From a bacterium (GTDB taxonomy: Bacteria; UBA8248), in assembly GCA_965202625.1 (NCBI GenBank), contig CBDBBI010000010.1:1345489-1409488 (forward strand): a DNA stretch of 64,000 nt, in the 5' to 3' direction. Below the pieces are notes generated by a model. It was not told the DNA's origin. It did no database searches and was given only the letters and a program-made list of their open reading frames with translations. Shown here one piece after another: positions 18,607 through 27,982 of this stretch. The position numbers and the translations under genes were made by a program. Position 1 is the stretch's first letter. Each line of letters opens with the position of its first letter.

Positions 18607-19797
18607 ATGAGCGACTCTTCACTTGAGAATCTCCCCTTCGCTCCGAGTGAGGATCCCTTCACGGTGGAGCATGGGGGTTTTTACAGACGTTGGTTCTCCA
18701 TGGTCGAGGACGTCGAGGAGCTGAAACAAGCCGTCGCCTCCCTCAAGGGAACCACCGACGATCTCTGGGTGCCCCTCTGGCGCGGGATGGGCGCGCGTCA
18801 TGAAGAACAGGCGGAGCAGTTCGCCCGCCGGGGAGACGCGCGCGCCGCGCGCGCGGAATTCCTGCAAGCGAAGACCTACTACAGCATCGCGCGGTTTCCC
18901 CGTCCCCTCACCCCGCTCAAGGAGGAGGCCAATCGAGACTGCGTGCGCGCGTATCTCAAGTCATGCGCGTTTCTCGACCCGCCTCTTGAGGTGGTCGAGG
19001 TGGAATGCGAGGGAAAGTCCATCACCGCCCATTTTCGCGCTCCAAAAGACGCAAGCGCGGAACGGCCCGCTCCCGCCGTGCTCGTCATGTGCGGCGGGGA
19101 CATGTTCAAGGAGGACAGAGGCTGGGCGGGCGAGATGTCCCTGTCGAACGGCCTGGCCGCCCTGGTGATGGACGGCCCCGGCACGGGAGAGAACCCCTTT
19201 CCCTACGAGCCTGAGTCCGTCGTCGCCTGGCGCGCGGCGGTAGACTACCTGGCCGCCCGTCCCGAGGTCGATCCGCATCGCGTAGGCGCGTTCGGCATCA
19301 GCCGGGGCGGCCATTCGGTGATGCTGCTCGCCGGCTCCTATCCCGATAAAGTGCAAGGGGCCGTGGCCAGTGCGGGCCACCATTTCGGATACCGGATGAC
19401 GGAGGGGGAGATGGAGAATTTCGTCGCCAGCCAGAACAAGCGCGCCGCGCACGTATTCGGAGCGCCGGGGGATGGCCCCTCTTTTCCGGCGACCACGGTC
19501 GAGAGAGAGGAGGCGCTCTTCCGCCGCTGGGCGCTCAGCGAGCTGGGTCTTGTGGACAAAATCGTCTGTCCTGTCTTGATGATCAACGGAAAACAGGATC
19601 ACCTCGCCCCTGTGGGGAACATCTACTACATGCTGGAGCACGGCCCGGTGACCGGCAAGGAGGCGAGAATCTACCCGGACGATGGGCACTGCGCTTTCAA
19701 ATACTTCGACCATTGGGCGCCAGAATCCTTCCGTTGGCTGGCGGAGAAGCTGGGAGGGCGAGCGGAAATCCACCCGGGCGGCCAAGAAAGTCCCTGA
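18607..19797 (+). CDS. Alpha/beta hydrolase (FrsA / 2,6-dihydropseudooxynicotine hydrolase-like)
   Basis: FGISRGG nucleophile elbow, MDGPGTGE, NGKQD acid, DDGHC His. Confidence 0.88.
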   Translation: MSDSSLENLPFAPSEDPFTVEHGGFYRRWFSMVEDVEELKQAVASLKGTTDDLWVPLWRGMGARHEEQAEQFARRGDARAARAEFLQAKTYYSIARFPRPLTPLKEEANRDCVRAYLKSCAFLDPPLEVVEVECEGKSITAHFRAPKDASAERPAPAVLVMCGGDMFKEDRGWAGEMSLSNGLAALVMDGPGTGENPFPYEPESVVAWRAAVDYLAARPEVDPHRVGAFGISRGGHSVMLLAGSYPDKVQGAVASAGHHFGYRMTEGEMENFVASQNKRAAHVFGAPGDGPSFPATTVEREEALFRRWALSELGLVDKIVCPVLMINGKQDHLAPVGNIYYMLEHGPVTGKEARIYPDDGHCAFKYFDHWAPESFRWLAEKLGGRAEIHPGGQESP

Positions 19798-20708
19798 TGC
19801 GCTTGAGCAGGTTATCGCGAACAACTCTTCTTCGAGCGATTCTTCCGAAGAACGACTGGGGCGACGCCCTGTACGCTACGCTCTACCACCTGATCCGGCT
19901 CGGACGCTGGCCCCGCGGACGCAACCCGAGGCGCTTCAACGACTACCTCTACAGGCTGAAGGTGGACGGTTCGCTGCAGGATCCACTCTGCGTGTTCACC
20001 ACGGACAAGGAATACGCGAAATACTTTATCGCCTCGGTGGTCGGGTGGGAGCACACCATCGAGACCTACCGTGTCCTGCGGACGAAAGCGGAAGTGGACG
20101 GGCTGGTTCTGGATCGCTTCCCTTGCGTGGTGAAGCCCACGCACATGAGCGGACCAGCCCAGGTGCACCCTGATGCGGACAGCCCGCTGCGCCGAGACCT
20201 GCTGAGGGAATGGTTCGAGGCTGACTTCTACCACGAGACCAGAGAGCAGAACTATCGGCCGCTCGCTTCGAAGGTCATCATTGAGGAATTCGTCTCCGAA
20301 GATGGGCGAACGATACCGGAAGACTATAAGGTCTTCTGCTTCGGAGGGGTTCCGAAAATCGTCCAGGTGGACCAGGGCCGCTTCTCCGGCCACACCCGAT
20401 CCCTCTACGACACTTCGTGGAACAAGCTGCCCATCAAGCTCCACTACCCCGACGTCTCGCGCCCCTGCCCCCGACCGGTGATGCTGGAAAAGATGCTTCA
20501 TGTCGCGGAGCGGCTCGCCCGACAGTTCGCGTTCGTTCGCGTGGACATGTATGCCGTGAACGGCCGGGTGAAGGTGGGCGAGTTGACGCACTGCTCCGAA
20601 TCCGCAGTAGGAAAGATACGCCCCCCTTCCGGAGAAATCACGCTGGGCCGGTTTTTCGAACCCGACGCGCCGGCCAGGACGGACGGCGGAGAAAAGAAAC
20701 GGCGATGA
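19797..20708 (+). CDS. TupA-like ATP-grasp amidoligase (start re-assigned to ATG 19797)
   Basis: DKEYAKYFI, VVKPTHMSG, IIEEFV, DYKVFCFGG, FVRVDMY, GELT. Confidence 0.88.
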   Translation: MRLSRLSRTTLLRAILPKNDWGDALYATLYHLIRLGRWPRGRNPRRFNDYLYRLKVDGSLQDPLCVFTTDKEYAKYFIASVVGWEHTIETYRVLRTKAEVDGLVLDRFPCVVKPTHMSGPAQVHPDADSPLRRDLLREWFEADFYHETREQNYRPLASKVIIEEFVSEDGRTIPEDYKVFCFGGVPKIVQVDQGRFSGHTRSLYDTSWNKLPIKLHYPDVSRPCPRPVMLEKMLHVAERLARQFAFVRVDMYAVNGRVKVGELTHCSESAVGKIRPPSGEITLGRFFEPDAPARTDGGEKKRR

Positions 20709-21463
20709 GAAGAAAGATCAAAAGAAAGATCAGAGAAATCGTGAACACCACGAGATGGATAAAGAACGTCCGCAAGACGATAGCGCTCAAGAGACTCCGG
20801 AACATGCCGCCCGGCAGCCCCGCGTGGCTCGTCGAAACGGAAATCAGATACGGCGGTCCGGTTTACGTCCTCCCCCGAAACGTGATCAGCCCCCACAACC
20901 CGCGCCGCGCCGCGTCTTCAAATCATAGAATGCAGGGCGGCGACAGGATGTCGCGGTCGCATCACGGATACGCGGAGAAATACGCGCAACGCCTGGCGCC
21001 TTTCCTGAAGCGCGAAAACGATTTGACCATCGTGGAGATCGGAATTCTGCAGGGTACAGGGCTGGCCATCTGGTCCGACCTCTTTCCCGGATCGCGCTTA
21101 ATCGGCCTCGACGTCGATCTCGCAAACGCGCGCGGCAATCTGGCGAACTTGAGAAAGGCCGGTGCTTTCCGGAAACGGGAGCCGGAGCTTTACGAATTCG
21201 ATCAGTTCGAGGCTAGCGGCGACGCCGTGAAAAAAATTCTCCAGGGCGACCGCGTGGACGTATTCATGGACGACGGCTGCCACGTTCGGGAGGCGATCTT
21301 GAAGACGATGGAGAGCCTCATGCCGCATATGGCGGATGCGTTCGTCTATTTCGTCGAAGACAACGACGCCGTGTCCGACGAGATTCGCGCCCTTTATCCC
21401 GAATGCGAGGTGGAGAGCGCCGGCGAGTTGACCGTTGTGTCTCACGCAAGGCGTTCGCCCTGA
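20705..21463 (+). CDS. Class I SAM-dependent methyltransferase-like protein (start re-assigned to ATG 20705)
   Basis: HGYAEKY, IVEIGILQGTGLAIWSDLFP, IGLDVD, FDQ, VFMDDGCH, YFVED. Confidence 0.75.
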   Translation: MRRKIKRKIREIVNTTRWIKNVRKTIALKRLRNMPPGSPAWLVETEIRYGGPVYVLPRNVISPHNPRRAASSNHRMQGGDRMSRSHHGYAEKYAQRLAPFLKRENDLTIVEIGILQGTGLAIWSDLFPGSRLIGLDVDLANARGNLANLRKAGAFRKREPELYEFDQFEASGDAVKKILQGDRVDVFMDDGCHVREAILKTMESLMPHMADAFVYFVEDNDAVSDEIRALYPECEVESAGELTVVSHARRSP

Positions 21464-21521
21464 CTGTCCCGCATATCTTTTGGAAATTCTTCGAAACGCA
21501 AAATGGAGGCCGCCCATTCCG

Positions 21522-21583
21522 GCGGACGCCCTCGCCGCCATCACGCTCGACGACCTGCTTTGAGGGTCTTTTGCAACGCCCTT
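21522..21583 (-). repeat. 62-bp structured dispersed repeat, copy 2
   Basis: Reverse complement matches 536-597 with 4 substitutions. Confidence 0.85.
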
Positions 21584-21747
21584 TTCCGAGCCGTTTACGC
21601 ACCGAAAAACGGCGGATTTTCCAGGCCATTCTCAATGATTTTTCCCCGGCTACATCGAAAATCGACTGAAACACTCTTTTCCAAGGGATGATCAGGTCAG
21701 AGGAAGGGCCGCACCGCCGGGCGGATGTTGAGCGGGAGATGCGCGCG

Positions 21748-22450
21748 TCACAGCACCCCCTTCGTCAATGCGTAGAAGCGTGAGAGACGCTTCATCTCCC
21801 CGAAAGCCTCCGGCGGCGGATCGGAGCCGGCGGAGCGGGCTTTTTGCATGGAGCGGAACAACCGGCGAGCGAGATCCCGGCGAACGTCCAGCCTCGGCGC
21901 GGACACCTCCCCGATTCTTCCAGAGGCGAAAACCGCTTCCAGACGGGCGAGGAACTCCAACCATATCGACCATTCCTCCGCTGAGGGCGGGACGGGGGAC
22001 GACTCGCTCGTGCGCACCCGAAAGGCGGCGGGCGGATGATGGACAGAGTTCGACCAGCACAGACGATAGGCGATTTCCGCATGATCGATCGGCAGACGGG
22101 CAAAAGACGACCTGCGGCCATTCCGCTCCAGGACGCGCATCTGCGCGCCCAGTACCGCCAGGTCCGGCTCCGCATCTAAACGATCGATCTGCCGCGCGAA
22201 CCGATCCGCGCGGGTGACGTCGTCCACATCCATTCGGAATACGATTTCCGCGTCCAAGTGCCCCAATACCTCGCTCAGGCAGCGCGCAACGCCGCGCGGA
22301 CTCGGAATGACGCACGAGCGCAACGCGGGCGTCTTTCAACCCCTCAAGATACTCCTCCACCTCCGGTTCACAGCCGTCGGCGATGATGAGGACTGTTCGC
22401 CTCAAGGAAGCAGACCGCGCCAAACCGCGCGGCGGACTGCAATCTCTCAT
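21748..22450 (-). pseudogene. Frameshifted, degraded GT2 glycosyltransferase
   Basis: Frame 1 VLIIADGCEPEVEEYLEGLKDARVALVRHSE, then shift near 22305 into RGVARCLSEVLGHLDAEIVFRMDVDDVTRADRFARQ (DxDD); canonical N-terminus unrecognisable. Confidence 0.75.
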
Positions 22451-22672
22451 TCCACCCGCACAGGATACAATGAGCAGGATTCATTTTAAAAACCATTTCC
22501 GGCTGCGTCTCCTCTACAACGAAACTCGGTATGCGCCGCCTGGCGCTTCTATGACATAATGGGGAAAATCATGGGTCTCCACAACGCATCACTCCGGTTT
22601 CCGAATCGGTGAAAGACAAGAAGCAAACTGCGAATAAACGCCCCATTCATCGGCGGGAGCGAGACGGACACG

Positions 22673-24622
22673 ATGTGCGGAATCGCGGGCTTTCTCTTCA
22701 TACATCAGGCGATAGACGACCCCCGGGGCGTCGTGTCCCGAATGGCGGAGCGTCTCCGCCACCGAGGCCCGGATGATGAAGGAACCTGGGTGGATGAGGC
22801 GGCGGGCGTCGCCCTGGGGCACCGGAGACTCTGCATCTTCGATCTGAGCGCGGAAGGACGCCAGCCCATGGCTTCGCGCGGCGGGCGATACGTCCTCATC
22901 TACAATGGGGCAATCTATAACTTTCTTGATCTGCGCGATGAATTAACGAGAGAGGGCGTGTCTTTCAAAGGGAGGTCGGACACCGAAGTTCTCATCAACG
23001 CTGTGGAGTTCTGGGGGCTGGAGACGGCTATCCGGCGATTCGTCGGCATGTTCGCCTTTGCCCTTTGGGATCGCATCGAGCAAACGCTGCATCTCGCGCG
23101 CGATCGGACGGGCGAGAAACCCCTTTATTACGGCTGGGCGGGGAAGTCTTTCCTCTTCGGCTCCGAGCTCAAAGCCCTGCGCGCACACCCCAGTTGGGAA
23201 GGGGAGATTTCCGCCAACGCTCTGACGCTCTATATGAAGCGAAGCTGCGTTCCCTGCCCTCATTCCATCTATCGGGGAATCCACAAGTTGGCACCCGGCG
23301 CCATTCTCAGCCTCCGCACCTCGGACGCGCCAGGGCGCCTGCCGGCGCCATGCGCCTATTGGCGCGCGAAGGACGCGATAGAGAGCGGGGCGGCCGACAG
23401 ACGGGCCTCGCTCACCGACGATGCGGCGGTTGCGCAGTTGGATGAAGCGTTGCGGCGCTCCGTGCGTCAGATGCTGCAAGCGGACGTGCCTCTCGGGGCG
23501 TTTCTCTCCGGCGGGATCGACTCCTCCCTGGTGGTCGCCCTTATGCAGGAGCAGAGCGGAATTCCCGTTCGAACGTTTTCCATCGGATTCGACGAGGAGG
23601 GCTATGACGAAGCGCGCCACGCGAGCGCGGTGGCCCGCCACCTTAAAACGGAGCACACCGAACTCTACGCCAGCCCGAAAGAAGCACTCGACGTCATTCC
23701 CCGCCTGCCGAGACTCTACGACGAGCCGTTCTCGGACTCATCCCAAATTCCCACGTTCCTGGTGTGCGCCCTCACACGAGAACACGTGACGGTGAGCCTG
23801 TCGGGAGACGGGGGTGATGAGCTTTTTGGCGGCTACAACCGCTATTTCTGGGGACCCAGGGTGTGGCGCTCGACCTGTTGGCTGCCGGCGCCGCTCAAAA
23901 AACCGCTGGCGAGCGGGATGGTGACGTGGGCCCCGGCACTGGATCGCTTCTACCAAAAAATATCTCCTATCCTGCCGATGCGCTATCAGGTAGAGATAGC
24001 CGAAGACAAATTCACCAAACTGGCGAACCTGCTGGGCGCATCAGACATCGACGAAATGTATGAGCGGCTGACCACGAATTGGGAAGATTCGATCTGCGTC
24101 AACGGGAACCGGCGCCCGGAGAATGCGTTTTCTCCGACACTGGCGTCAGACGTCCTTCGCCCCGAGGAGAAGATGATGTATCGGGACATGGTGGGATATT
24201 TACCCGACGACATTCTCGCCAAAGTGGACAGGGCGAGCATGGGGGTGAACCTTGAGGTGCGAGCCCCCTACCTGGACCACCGCGTCGTGGAGTTCGCCTG
24301 GTCCTTGCCGCTCAAGCTCAAGGTGCGCGATGGCGAAGGAAAATGGATTTTACGGCGTCTGTTGTCCCGCTATGTCCCCTCCTCTCTGATGAGAAGACCT
24401 AAAATGGGGTTCAGTCCGCCCATCGGCGAATGGCTGCGGGGCGATCTCAGGGACTGGGCGGAGGATCTGTTGCGCGAATCGCGCCTTGAGGGGGAGGGGT
24501 TTTTTCAGGCGGAACCCATCCGCCAAATGTGGGCACAGCACCTGTCCGGCAAAAGAAACTGGCAGCGGCATCTTTGGGACGTCCTCATGTTTCAGGCGTG
24601 GTGGAATGAGCAGGGGCGATGA
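22673..24622 (+). CDS. asnB: Asparagine synthase (glutamine-hydrolysing) family amidotransferase, polysaccharide-cluster type
   Basis: MCGIAG N-terminal Cys, HRGPD, LGHRRL, YNGAIYNF, FLSGGIDSS, SGDGGDELFGGY, KMGF. Confidence 0.96.
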   Translation: MCGIAGFLFIHQAIDDPRGVVSRMAERLRHRGPDDEGTWVDEAAGVALGHRRLCIFDLSAEGRQPMASRGGRYVLIYNGAIYNFLDLRDELTREGVSFKGRSDTEVLINAVEFWGLETAIRRFVGMFAFALWDRIEQTLHLARDRTGEKPLYYGWAGKSFLFGSELKALRAHPSWEGEISANALTLYMKRSCVPCPHSIYRGIHKLAPGAILSLRTSDAPGRLPAPCAYWRAKDAIESGAADRRASLTDDAAVAQLDEALRRSVRQMLQADVPLGAFLSGGIDSSLVVALMQEQSGIPVRTFSIGFDEEGYDEARHASAVARHLKTEHTELYASPKEALDVIPRLPRLYDEPFSDSSQIPTFLVCALTREHVTVSLSGDGGDELFGGYNRYFWGPRVWRSTCWLPAPLKKPLASGMVTWAPALDRFYQKISPILPMRYQVEIAEDKFTKLANLLGASDIDEMYERLTTNWEDSICVNGNRRPENAFSPTLASDVLRPEEKMMYRDMVGYLPDDILAKVDRASMGVNLEVRAPYLDHRVVEFAWSLPLKLKVRDGEGKWILRRLLSRYVPSSLMRRPKMGFSPPIGEWLRGDLRDWAEDLLRESRLEGEGFFQAEPIRQMWAQHLSGKRNWQRHLWDVLMFQAWWNEQGR

Positions 24623-24623
24623 G

Positions 24624-25769
24624 ATGAACAAAACGCTGTTCTTGCTGGATCTCGAGGATAGATATTTCCTGAGCCACAGGCGCGCGCTCGGGCTGGCGGC
24701 CAGAGCGGCGGGATATCGCGTCGTCGTGTGCGCGAGAATTGGCGGAAAATACCTAGAGCGCATTCGCGCGGATGGTTTCGAGTCCTTCGCCTTGAGCGAA
24801 AACAAAAAGGGGATTCACCCTCTGCACGAGTTGCGCGCCCTCATAAAACTTGTTCGCGCCTATCGGGCGTATCACCCTCACATCGCCCACCACATCGGCC
24901 TGAGAAACCTGCTGCACGGCTCCATCGCCGCCTGGTTCGCCAAAACGCCGGCCATCGTGAATTCGGTCGTCGGTCTGGGCGCGCTGTTCACCTCGGGCTC
25001 AATGAAGCTGATTCTGTTGAGAAAAATCTTGTTGTTCGCACTCAAGCGTTTTCTCACGAGAAAAAACACGTGGGTGATCGTCCAGAACGACGACGACAAA
25101 AGGGTGATTCTGAAAAACCTGCTTTCCGAGGCATCCCGATTGACAATCATTCGAGGCTCCGGCGTTGACGTCCACTCGTTTCGCCCGGTCCCCGAGTCTC
25201 CTGGCATGCCCATGGCGGTTCTCGTTTCTCGAATGCTTGCGCACAAGGGGGTCCGTGAATTCGTGGAGGCGGCGCGCTTGTTGAGAGAGGAGAACGTGGA
25301 GGTTCGCATGGTGTTGGTCGGGGCGCCAGACCCCAAAAATCCCTCCTCCATTCCGGAAAGCGCGCTTTCCCACTGGAATGAGAGGGGCGAGGTCGAGTGG
25401 TGGGGCTACAGGGAGGATATTCGCGAGGTGTGGCGAGGCGCGCACATCGCCATTTTGCCATCGTATGGAGGGGAGGGGCTCCCGAAAAGTTTGCTGGAAG
25501 CGGCGGCGTTCGGACGCCCCCTGGTGGCCACCGACGTTCCGGGCTGCCGGGATTTCGTGAGGGAGGGGGTGAATGGATTTCTCATCCCGACGAGGGATTC
25601 CAGAAAACTGGCCCAAGCGATCAAAAAACTGGCCCAGGCTCCCGATCTCAGGCGGAGAATGGGCGAGGCGGGGCGAAAGATGGTAGAGGAGAAATTCTCC
25701 GACGAAATCGTCTCACAAAGCATCTTGGAATTGTATGCGCGGTGCCGGAACGAAACGGGAAAGAAATAA
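24624..25769 (+). CDS. Glycosyltransferase family 4, CapM-like (start re-assigned to ATG 24624)
   Basis: FLSHRRAL, IRGSGVD, SRMLAHKGVREFVEAA, EGLPKSLLEAAA, TDVPGC. Confidence 0.92.
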   Translation: MNKTLFLLDLEDRYFLSHRRALGLAARAAGYRVVVCARIGGKYLERIRADGFESFALSENKKGIHPLHELRALIKLVRAYRAYHPHIAHHIGLRNLLHGSIAAWFAKTPAIVNSVVGLGALFTSGSMKLILLRKILLFALKRFLTRKNTWVIVQNDDDKRVILKNLLSEASRLTIIRGSGVDVHSFRPVPESPGMPMAVLVSRMLAHKGVREFVEAARLLREENVEVRMVLVGAPDPKNPSSIPESALSHWNERGEVEWWGYREDIREVWRGAHIAILPSYGGEGLPKSLLEAAAFGRPLVATDVPGCRDFVREGVNGFLIPTRDSRKLAQAIKKLAQAPDLRRRMGEAGRKMVEEKFSDEIVSQSILELYARCRNETGKK

Positions 25770-25801
25770 ACAGAAGGGGTAGGCGGCTGAAACTCCCTGG
25801 A

Positions 25802-27196
25802 CTAGGTGCCGTGGCCCCGTATGCGCAAAAACGTCAGGATCGTGAGAAATATCACCTGCAAGTCCATGTAAAATGAGTAATTCAGAATATAGTACAAATC
25901 GTATTCCAGTTTTGCTTTGCAATCTTCGACCTTATTGACATAGCCCTGCAGAACCTGCGCCCACCCTGTGATGCCTGCGGGAACGATCACCCGGTATTCG
26001 TATTCCGGATAAAGCCTTTTTGCTGTCTTCGTAGCCTCGACATATTCCGTCCTGGGACCGACAAGGCTGATATCTCCCCTGATGACGTTCCAGAGTTGCG
26101 GAAACTCATCCAGATGATACCGGCGAAGCAAGCGCCCCAGAGGGAAAACTCTCGGGTCGCCCTCCTTCGTTACCACCGCGCCCTGTGGCCGCCCCGCCTC
26201 CATGCGCATCGTTCGAAACTTATACGCGGTGAACAATTTTCCATACTGGGTGACCCGGGACTGGGAATAAAAGACCGGGCCCTCGTTCGCAAACTTGATT
26301 GCGATAGCGATGATGAGGCCGAGGGGGGCGAACAAGACCAAGATCGTGACGCTAGAGACCAAATCAAGCGCGCGTTTGCACAGGTATTGCTTCCGGCTCA
26401 GTATCTGCCGCCCTCTCAAAACGGGGAATTTCTCGCTACTGGAGATGAATTCAAAAAGAATGCGGCCCTCCATAAGAGCGATTATATCCACCAGATCAAC
26501 ACATGACGCGCGATGGGCCATACACGCACCGAAAACATGGGCGGCCCCCGGCTTGTTGAGGTAACCCGGATCGGACACCACAAACCGGACGTCGGGCTCG
26601 GACGCCAGGAATTCTTCAAGTCGCTTGACGTCTTCCTCGTATTCGCCACTCGTCGGAATTTCCGCGACGACCTTCATGTTTCGGTTGTTCTCATCCGACA
26701 ACTCCCCGGATAGCCTTTTTTTGACCTCCTCCCCCCCGATGATCACGATTTTGCATTCCAGATTTCCGTTCAAAACGATTTTCTTGAAAACCGCTCGCGT
26801 CAAAAGAACGAGGGAGAAAATAGCGGCATACAGCGAAAGCGAGAACAAAGCACCATATTCGGGCACGAATAAGATGCCGCCCACCCCCTCGCGCAAGATA
26901 AAGCTGATCGTTAAAACCTTGAATATCTGCCAGGAGGACAGGAAGACGTGAACATAATAGCGATAGGCATACAGGCCATACAGATAGAAAAGAAAAAAAT
27001 GCAGGGCGGGCAGCAAAACGAGGTCGGGGCCGAAATCCAACAAGCCATCAGCACTCAGACCATTCCATAGAAAGCGCATCAATCGCTCAGAGAGGATAAA
27101 GGACAGGAGGTCGATCATCATAAAAGAACGATCTTGCCGGGATACCGTGGGTTTCGGGTATTTTCTCTTGCGCATGCCGCCGCTTTCGGTGATCAT
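25802..27196 (-). CDS. Initiating polyprenyl-phosphate phosphoglycosyltransferase (WbaP/WcaJ-like sugar transferase)
   Basis: N-terminal TM block; KRALDL, KFRTM, DPRV, LDEFPQLWNV, SLVGPR, GITGWAQV, DLYY. Confidence 0.94.
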   Translation of the reverse strand: MITESGGMRKRKYPKPTVSRQDRSFMMIDLLSFILSERLMRFLWNGLSADGLLDFGPDLVLLPALHFFLFYLYGLYAYRYYVHVFLSSWQIFKVLTISFILREGVGGILFVPEYGALFSLSLYAAIFSLVLLTRAVFKKIVLNGNLECKIVIIGGEEVKKRLSGELSDENNRNMKVVAEIPTSGEYEEDVKRLEEFLASEPDVRFVVSDPGYLNKPGAAHVFGACMAHRASCVDLVDIIALMEGRILFEFISSSEKFPVLRGRQILSRKQYLCKRALDLVSSVTILVLFAPLGLIIAIAIKFANEGPVFYSQSRVTQYGKLFTAYKFRTMRMEAGRPQGAVVTKEGDPRVFPLGRLLRRYHLDEFPQLWNVIRGDISLVGPRTEYVEATKTAKRLYPEYEYRVIVPAGITGWAQVLQGYVNKVEDCKAKLEYDLYYILNYSFYMDLQVIFLTILTFLRIRGHGT

Positions 27197-27982
27197 GGAA
27201 ATTTGCTCTCTCTATCAGGCCCCGTTTATATTCTATGCTGACGATAAGGAATTTGTATATTCTAGTAGATAAATCCATCCCAGCAAAAACATGAAAAATT
27301 ATTTCACATCATCGCATAACGCCTCATCCTTCCCGCCTCGGGCGCGACTGAAAACCGCCTCTTCTCAATGCCACTCGCATTTTGGGCGTATGGCGCAATA
27401 GTGGTCGGTGCGGCGCGAGGAGCCGTCGCCGCCAACCACGAAGGGTTTATGCGCACGTCGCTCCTGCCCAGAATCTACATTTATCAGATCAGCGGCAAAA
27501 TGCTCTCCGAACGCTCCCTTGGCAGGCCACGAGATCGGCCTTTTCCCGAGATGTTTCAGCAAAAATGAAAAGGAATACGCGAAAAAGGAGAATCTCAAAA
27601 TTCCGCGCTGGCGATTGTGGACGAAAGACAAAAATATCCGCATGCCGATTCCGGCCCATTCTTCCTGCTTAAAAAACCTTTGTTGAATCAGGATTTCGGG
27701 GGGTGTTATTTTGGGGGGATTTATAGTGGGAGGTTTTGGGTCTTCGCGCTTGAGAAAAACCGACAAACTCTCGATAGGTTCGGCGGAAGCCTGGGCATGG
27801 GCCGGTTGCGTCGGCATATGCTTTGCAGGCCGGAGCCGAGGAAATATTCCCATTTCCCAAAATTTCCGTTTTATACTGGGATCTCCTGGCGTTTTGCCTG
27901 ACGGCACAACCGCGGAGCAGCCGCAAGGTGAACCGAGAACCCAGCCTCAAGAAAGCATAAAGAAAATCAGATGGCGAGATTC

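Noticed and set aside
19236-19243. ops element GGCGGTAG
   Set aside because: Inside the hydrolase CDS, not in a leader; an 8-mer is expected by chance
27365-27907. 180-aa minus-strand ORF as a real gene
   Set aside because: No motif, no RBS or coupling, and atypical composition; left as an unexplained interval
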